A stretch of DNA of 64,000 nucleotides, taken from a bacterium. Its GTDB lineage: Bacteria; UBA8248; JACPRG01; G963555815. Below are positions 62,902-64,000 of the stretch, one piece after another (the first letter of the stretch is position 1; each line of letters begins with the position of its first letter). The stretch spans positions 160,001-224,000 of the forward strand of contig CBDHDG010000002.1 in NCBI GenBank assembly GCA_965261595.1, in the 5' to 3' direction. Below the pieces are notes generated by a model, which was not told the DNA's origin, searched no databases, and was given only the letters and a program-made list of their open reading frames with translations. Both the position numbers and the translations under genes were made by a program.

Positions 62902-64000
62902 ATGGGAAATCCAAGAGTCAAGGGGGTTAACGTGGGTAAGAGGGTTCTTCCCAGAGATGCAGCTTCCATAGAGGCCCTTCAAGACCCCGAAATTGAGGGA
63001 TACTTTCGGGAATCCCACCGCTTCAGCACTCCCGCTCCGTACAAGCTGATGCTTCTGGCCCAGGCCCCGAGCACGCTCAAGGCTTGGGCCCGGTTCTGGT
63101 GGGCGGTCTTTCGGAGAAACCCGATGGAGCATACCTTCATGGAGCTCCTCCGGGTTCATATTGCGCGTAATATCTTTTGCGAGTTCTGAGCAGACCAGCG
63201 GTCTGCCTTGGCAAGGCAGAGCGGCCTTACTGAGGAAAAGCTTGAAGGCCTATGCGATCTCGATGGCGGGGATTTTTCCGAGAGAGAGCGTGCGGGCCTT
63301 CAATTTGTTCAGGAGTTCACTGTAGACTTCGACGGAGCAAGGCCATTTTTAGAGGCGCTCGCGCCCTACTTCACGCGTGCAGAGATTGCCGAAATCACCA
63401 TATTTGCGGCCTGGCAGGCGAACGGCCTACGAACCATCCATTCTTGGGACGCGCATGAATTCCTGAATTCGCCGGATGTCCCTCTCCCTTACGCGGACGG
63501 GCCTTCACTATTCGTCCGCGACGACAACTCGATGGCTGGCAGCGTGGCGGCCGAACATCTCCAAAACGATCTACCCAGTTTCCCACCGTTCGACCGCGAA
63601 CCCCTTCCTGATGCGGAATCCATCTGGAACGCGTGGGAAAAACTTGGAACCCCCCCGAGGGCCTGGCTGGAATTTCTCTCCGCTTCGCCCCGCGCCCTCT
63701 GGGGTTGGGCGGAGTTCCACCAGTTGACCTATGAGGAGGGGGTGCTCCGCCGTTCGTTCAAAGCAAAGGTCTTGGCGAGGCTCGCCGACCTTGTCGATGT
63801 TCCATCCTGGCTGCAGGTTGAGCGCAACGCTCAAGCCCCTGAGGTTGACGATCGGTTGCATATTGCCCTTCGGTATGCGGAAGACCTCTTTGATGATTAT
63901 TTGGGTGTTGGGGACGAGGATTACCGAACGCTTCACAAGCATTTCAGAGAGGCCGAGGTGATGGAGCTTGGCAATTTCATTGGAATGCAGATTGGGAGTC
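62902..64000 (+). CDS. Two-domain AhpD/CMD-like probable selenoprotein (CEFU; TGA at 63187-63189), partial at window end
   Basis: ELLRVHIARNIFCEF-TGA-ADQRS...FSERERAGL...FTRAEIAEI; frame stays open for 270 codons after the TGA. Confidence 0.82.
63195..63224 (+). promoter_or_regulatory. Candidate bacterial SECIS element
   Basis: TCTGCCTT-[GGC]-AAGGCAGA 8-bp stem starting 12 nt after TGA; loop begins with G. Confidence 0.72.

Overview
GC-rich bacterial chromosomal segment, rich in catabolic and redox genes and heavily invaded by IS elements. (1) Three genes that the ORF track splits are each one reading frame with a single in-frame TGA at a redox-active Cys position, followed by a SECIS-like hairpin: two AhpD/CMD-like proteins with CxxU (11643-12197 and 62902->64000, the latter two-domain) and a DsbA-like protein with UxxC (29592-30200). 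These are probable selenoproteins. (2) There are 11 IS3-family copies of three types, including seven near-identical copies of a 1404-bp element (one truncated) with a non-canonical 5'-TC left end. They disrupt a UbiD gene, an integrase and the start region of one selenoprotein gene, and shatter a low-GC SH3/CsgG-FlgO-like gene that can be reassembled from its target-site duplications. (3) A degraded genomic island sits at tRNA-fMet. (4) An acetophenone-carboxylase-like four-gene operon carries two frameshifts and a nonsense codon. (5) Other genes: an amidohydrolase-fold protein plus Rieske ferredoxin, a UbiD/ABC-binding-protein cluster, an orphan XDH-family Mo subunit, tupBC-like genes, hemL, mtnP, a triple-domain RidA protein, and a RAYT remnant with its associated motif. 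All product calls come from motif recognition by eye; no database searches were run.
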